64,000 nucleotides of DNA from Fistulifera solaris (lineage: Eukaryota), in the NCBI GenBank assembly GCA_030295235.1, contig AP026133.1, positions 1,116,001 to 1,180,000 on the forward strand, written 5' to 3'. The translations under genes and the position numbers were made by a program. Position 1 is the first letter of the stretch, and each line of letters opens with the position of its first letter. Shown piece after piece: positions 58,549 through 64,000 of the stretch. Below the pieces are notes generated by a model. It was not told the origin of the DNA. It worked only from the letters and a program-made list of their open reading frames with translations, and searched no databases.

Positions 58549-61005
58549 ATGGAAGGCATTAATCGTTTGACGAAGGATTACCGAAACAACAAACGAAGAG
58601 ACGATTCCAGTGGAGATAGCAGTAATGATGGAATCGATATTTCTTCACATTCACATACATCGACAAACTCAATGGTCTCGTTTCTTTCCATGGGAGGAGA
58701 TCATCTACTCGATGATCTGATGGATTCGACCAGTCTCGCAAGTCAAGGAGACGAAGACGAAGAATCGGAAGAACAGGATTTACTAGAAAGATCCTCCGAA
58801 TCATCAATATCTTCAAAATCAGGAGATTCCATTGTAGAATCGGGTGAAAGTGATCCGGAAGATAGTTCAGGGGAATTCGCAGAAGAGGAAGATTTTACGA
58901 CAGATCGGGAAGAGGAGTCATCGGAATTTCAGCTGTCACCAGTGAAAATAGCGCCGACAAAAACGCCTTCCAAAGGACGAGGAGTTCTTCCTGTTGCATC
59001 ATCAGATAGCTTATTTGGTGGCGTGCGAAAATTCTTTCAACGGGGGAAAACCAGGAAAGGCGAACAGCAAGAGATAGGAGACGAAACCCCGGAATCTGAT
59101 TCCAAAAAGAAATCCCAATATCCCGAACACGCAGAGGAGGAAAGCGTGGTGAGCAGGATATATCGCCAAGCAAACGGTGTGTAGATCGAACGAGCACCAG
59201 CGATAGTCTGGTCGGAGCGTCCCGACAATCGCCATCAGACCCCCGTCGTGGGGTGCAGCGTACTAGCACATCCGACTCTTTGTCGGGTGTTGACCCAAAA
59301 TCACACACCAACCCTTTGCATGCGGCAAAAACACGAAGAGGTGGAAAGAGGAACAAAGATGGAGCAGAGGATACTGATGCCTCACAAAATGCGAATGACT
59401 TGGAAAATGTGACCCGCGAGCCTACTCGTGGCGTGATACGAACATCCACTACGGACAGTTTGGGAGGAGTAGACCCCAAAAAGCACAACAATGCACTTCA
59501 TGCAGCAAAAACTCGTCGTGGTGGAAAGAAAAGTGAGATGATAACAAGTAGTAACGAGGAAACAAGTGAATCGAACGATCATTCGACAAATAGTGCTGGC
59601 AGTCGAGAGCCGACCAGAGGCGTGATGCGCACGTCGACATCTGATAGCTTGGGAGGAGTTGAACAGAATAGTTCTGCCCACGCTAATCGTACTCGACGTG
59701 GTGGAAAAAGAAACAAAGATAGCACATTAGGTGAAGGCGAAGCCCGTGAAAGCTTCGACACATCGGACTCACTGGATATGTCGCACAGCTCTTCCCAAAA
59801 AGAGCCGCCCCGTGGGGTGGTCCGAACATCTACATCGGACAGTTTGACCGGTGTTGATCCTAGAAAGCATACAAATGCAGTGCACGCTGCCAAAACACGA
59901 CGCGGTGGCCGACGCAACAGAAATGATGGTGATCACTCGGCCAATGTCGATGCTTCAGCCTCCGCCGACACATCCGAAAATTCGAATAATGATGCTGATC
60001 TTGAGGAACTGAGTAGAGGCGTTGTGAGAACTTCAACCTCCGATTCTTTGAATGGTGTCGATACAAAAGGGCCGCCTTCCCACGGCAGACCAGTAAAACG
60101 CGAAGAGGCGGTCGACGAATTAGAGTTAAAGTCGATGACGAAGAAGGCGACTGCAGTGAAGGCTTCGACAATTCAGAATACGTAGCAGACACATCCGAAA
60201 ATGCTTCATCTGAACCAAAGACACGTCGAAGAGGTCGTCGTAACTCAAGCAATGAAGAGGAAAGTGTTGAAGCTAGCTGCGAAAGAGTTCCGCGAACTAG
60301 TACCGTCGACAGTCTTTTGGGCAATTTTGGTTTTGAACGCAAGCGAGGCGTACAACGGACCTCGACGACGGATTCACTGACAGGATTGGACTCGAAAAGA
60401 ACAGACCCGGCAAAGGATGTGACACAACGACCCCGACGACGAGTGATGAATCTACTGAAGGATTGGAGCTGACGGAAAGCCAACAGCGCGGCAAGACTAC
60501 GGTAGATAAAGTTCTCGGGGCTTTCGGTTTACAAAGAGGTGTAGCAAGGACTTCAACGTCCGATAGTCTCACTGGAATGGATTCTAGAAAGGTCCGAAAC
60601 AAAGAAATTCATGCCAGCAGAACCCGTCGAGGCGGTCGCCGAAATCGGAATAATGGAGAAGACGCGAGTGAAAGAAGCGCGACCCCAGAAGAGGGAGCCG
60701 TTTCACCCCAGGGAAAAGTGGTGCGAACGAATACTAGCGACATTTGGGCGCAAAGGCTGATGCGGCGTTCACTACCGCGCACTCTGACTGCCGATTCACT
60801 CGAGGGTGCAGATCCAAATAGACACAACAACCGTCCTTTGGGGACAAAGACCCGACGCGGCAGTCGCCGTCCACACACCGAAGAGCAAATCGAATTCGAA
60901 TACGAACAAGGCAACGACGAGAATGGTGATGATATCCTTCTAAAGGATGATGTTCATGTAATCGAGTCGGAGGAATTGTCAGCCGAGGATAAAAATTGTC
61001 AGTGA
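58549..61005 (+). CDS. Disordered repeat protein with about 8 RGVxRTSTSDSL...KTRRGG units
   Basis: Collinear ORF fragments 58549-59184, 59253-60185 and 60463-61005 share the repeat. Frameshifts near 59160, 60090 and 60440. Confidence 0.7.
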
Positions 61006-61182
61006 TGATGCCCGGCCTTTTTCTTACCCCGCTATGTTGCCGTATCAACTTTTGAATAAACTTGAAATAACGACAAGCCTGTTTTATTACATTATCATCT
61101 TAATGTTAGTTTACGAGAGACTCGAGAAGCAGCGACACAAAGCAACGGAAGAACTGCCCCATTTTCAATCGATTTCACAACT

Positions 61183-62384
61183 CTAATCAAAGGTGTTGTC
61201 CGCATCCGCCATTTCTCCACGAAGAATGGCTAGATCCGCCTCGACCATCTCTTTGACCAAGGCGTCGAAAGGCGTGGAGGATGACCATCCCAATTTTTCC
61301 TTGGCTTTGGCCGGGTTTCCCAGCAGTAAGTCGACTTCGGTGGGACGGAAGTATCGGGGATCGATACGGACCAAGATGCGGCTGGGATCGGCAGCATCGA
61401 CCCCCACTTCGTCGACCGTGCCCTTCTCACCTTGCCACTGGACGGTGGTGTTGACGACGGCGAAGGCCTTTTCGACGAATTCACGAACCGTGTGCGTCTC
61501 TCCCGTCGCCAAGACGTAGTCATCGGATGTTTCTTGCTGCAACATTCTCCACATACCTTCGACGTAATCACGTGCATGTCCCCAGTCACGCTTGGCATCC
61601 AAGTTACCGAGGAATAGTGTTTTCTGCTTTCCGTGGTGAATCGCAGCTACACCGCAAGTGATCTTTCTCGTAACGAAAGTTCTTCCACGACGTGGCGACT
61701 CGTGATTGAAGAGGATTCCGTTGGTGAGATGCATACCGTAGGCTTCACGATAGTTGACGAGAATCCAGAACGCATACTGCTTGGCAACCGCATAGGGCGA
61801 ACGAGGATAGAAGGGAGTCGTCTCGGATTGCGGCACTTCCTGAACCTTTCCGTAGAGTTCGCTGGTCGATGCTTGATAAAACTTGACAGTCTTTTCCATG
61901 CCGGCTGCGCGGATAGCATCTAACATGCGCAAAACACCAACTCCGTCGCAGTCGGCCGTGTATTCGGGCATATCGAACGACACTTTGACGTGACTCATCG
62001 CACCCAAGTTGTACACTTCAGTCGGCTTAACGTTCGAAATGATGCTAATCAAGTTTGTGGCGTCACACAAGTCTCCGTAATGCAAGAAGAGCTTTACTCC
62101 GGTCTCGTGACGGTCTTTGTAGAGATGATCGATGCGACCCGTGTTGAAGCAAGAAGAACGACGAACGATACCGTGGACCTGCAGACGAGTAGAAGAAACG
62201 TGAGAGTCTGCGTCTCTGCTGAATCGATCTTCACCATAGCCCCTGTTGAATAATCTTTGACGAAAACGAGAAAAGGAGACATACGACGTACCTCGTATCC
62301 CTTCTCAAGAAGAAGCTCCGTAAGATACGAACCGTCTTGACCGGTAATACCGGTAATTAAAGCGCACTTTCTTTCAGACGACAT
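61183..62384 (-). CDS. GMD: GDP-mannose 4,6-dehydratase
   Basis: [14 protein letters not shown]; intron 62179-62291 splices in frame; [29 protein letters not shown] and RDWGHARDY. Confidence 0.97.
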
Positions 62385-63505
62385 TATTTATGATTGATCG
62401 AGGAAGTTTAAGTAATCACAGCAACAATAGATGATAAGAAAAGGATTCCCTGGTCAAAGGCGTGACTTTGATTATGAAATGAATGCGACCGCGGAGCGGT
62501 GCAAGTTTTTAATGATCCAGACGGAGAGGGTCATTCTTCCTCTCCGTTTGCTTAATGACACGTTTGTGTACTTAAGAGGTTGAGCGACATGGAACCGGTA
62601 CCGATAGTTTAAAAATAGTCCGTAAATAAAATACATTAAATCTGATACATGGAGACCCTATTGACAATAAGGGACCGCGACCCGTGACCGCGACAACACC
62701 AACGGACGCCGGATCGTGAATTATATAATAAGGAAAAAACAGATCGTGTTTCGTACATCGAGAGAAATGACTCACACTTAGACTATGGAAGAGGCGGGCA
62801 ATAATGCGCCACGTATTACTATGAAAGCGCAGCGCACAGCGCACAGGCATAATAATGAGATGCTAGGGATTTAGAATTTGGGACGTTTCCCTCGTGCGTC
62901 TTACAGCTTCTAACAAGAAATAAGACTTTCAACAAGAAATTACGCTCTCATATTTTGTATCAGGAAGTACCAGCGGGAAGTGAAAATCGTTTCACGGATT
63001 GGCAGCTTCAGTACCGGAACATTGAAACATGCAAAAGAGGCAAGATCGGCTAAGTCGATCTTACCGCTTTTTCTTGCTAACAATTAGGGACGTTTGAAAA
63101 AACTGATCGGTCCAGGGTCCAGGTCGAGGAGGTTAACAGTTAACCCTTGCTAGGAGTCGCGTATCGCTACTCGCAAGCTCGCAGGGATACTGATAAGATG
63201 TACGGTAGAGAAGAAACCAAAATCCGACATAACATAGAACATAGACTATCATCTAGGGTGAACCGCTCCGGCTCTCTTTTCTTTTTTCGGCTTGCGCGAC
63301 TCACTACTAGGTATAATTAATGCTGTTTTCGGTTTTCGACTTGCTGCTGATTGTTCAAACACGGTTAACGAAGAAACGTGACTCTTCGTGAAAGACAAAG
63401 TAAGACTAAACATTAAGCAAGAATGGTCTTGCATCTTGCGCAAGCTACCGGTGATCAATAATTCGTGAATAAGTTATGCAAAATGACTAACATACTGGCA
63501 ATGGT

Positions 63506-64000
63506 CTAGCAACCTGCTAAAACCGCGACATGCAAACCAAGAAGAAGTGCCCCCAGTAAAACATTCCAGCAAAGACACTGCGCGTCACTAGATATTTGAA
63601 CAGAGTCTATCTGAGGATCGGATATCGGTGAACTTGAGTCATCTCCTTCGTCCGCAGCAGCTGGTAAAACCTCAAATGACAGAGATGATAGATTGTCATA
63701 TCGCAAGTCACTGACCGATTCCCAGTTGTCTGGATTCGCAATGGCTTCACGGAGTCGGTATGCAGTTTCCGAGGTTGAACCTTTGTAGCGGTAGCTGTCG
63801 TAACGAGAAAGAGTCACGTACGAGTAATTAAATTGCTCAAGCATTTCTGGAAGCGCACTGTAAGTTGTGTCACCACCCGCATTGAACCAGCGTCCCCCAA
63901 AAGTAAGACCGGTCAAAAGTTGACGTGTTCACGATTGTCGTCGCAAACAACAAGAATCGTGTCACCCGACAAGGAGAGATCAAAGTTTCCTCGCACTGAT
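63506..64000 (-). CDS. 3' part of a putative cell-surface protein with a C-terminal hydrophobic (TM or GPI-like) tail, 5'-partial
   Basis: FDLSLSGDTILV...SALPE...AIANPDNW, then a Ser/Asp-rich spacer and a hydrophobic end. Frameshift near 63918. Confidence 0.55.

Overview
Gene-dense eukaryotic nuclear DNA with short GT-AG introns, most consistent with a pennate diatom. The evidence is bipartite plastid-targeting presequences, SQD2, a single-domain EukCatA-type channel and an expanded RNI-like family of the kind I associate with Fistulifera; the species assignment is inference. About 30 protein genes are recognisable: RAPTOR 3' end, SQD2, SET methyltransferase, TVP38/VTT protein, metallophosphoesterase-like protein, EukCatA channel, LRRC57, DPH2, NnrU-like protein, protein kinase, a 7-exon cyclophilin, GIGYF-like protein, DUF1415-like protein, RPL30, TAF4-like protein, histidine phosphatase, class-3 lipase, KsgA/Dim1, an NB-ARC-TPR protein, CIR1-like protein, TRAPPC2L and GMD. 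Many ORFs are broken by 1-nt indels, often at homopolymers, which look like sequencing errors. The most notable signals are: (1) a yeast-type L30e kink-turn just inside the RPL30 intron, suggesting splicing autoregulation; (2) an NLR/APAF1-like STAND protein with P-loop, Walker B, GxP and MHD motifs plus TPRs; (3) a putatively plastid-targeted protein with two RbcX-like domains in a red-Rubisco lineage; (4) a palindromic TACCWGGTA motif seen about 10 times, always upstream of genes; (5) a dispersed ~55-bp hairpin-ended repeat; (6) an 18-bp minisatellite in a divergent promoter. I found no tRNA, rRNA or CRISPR.
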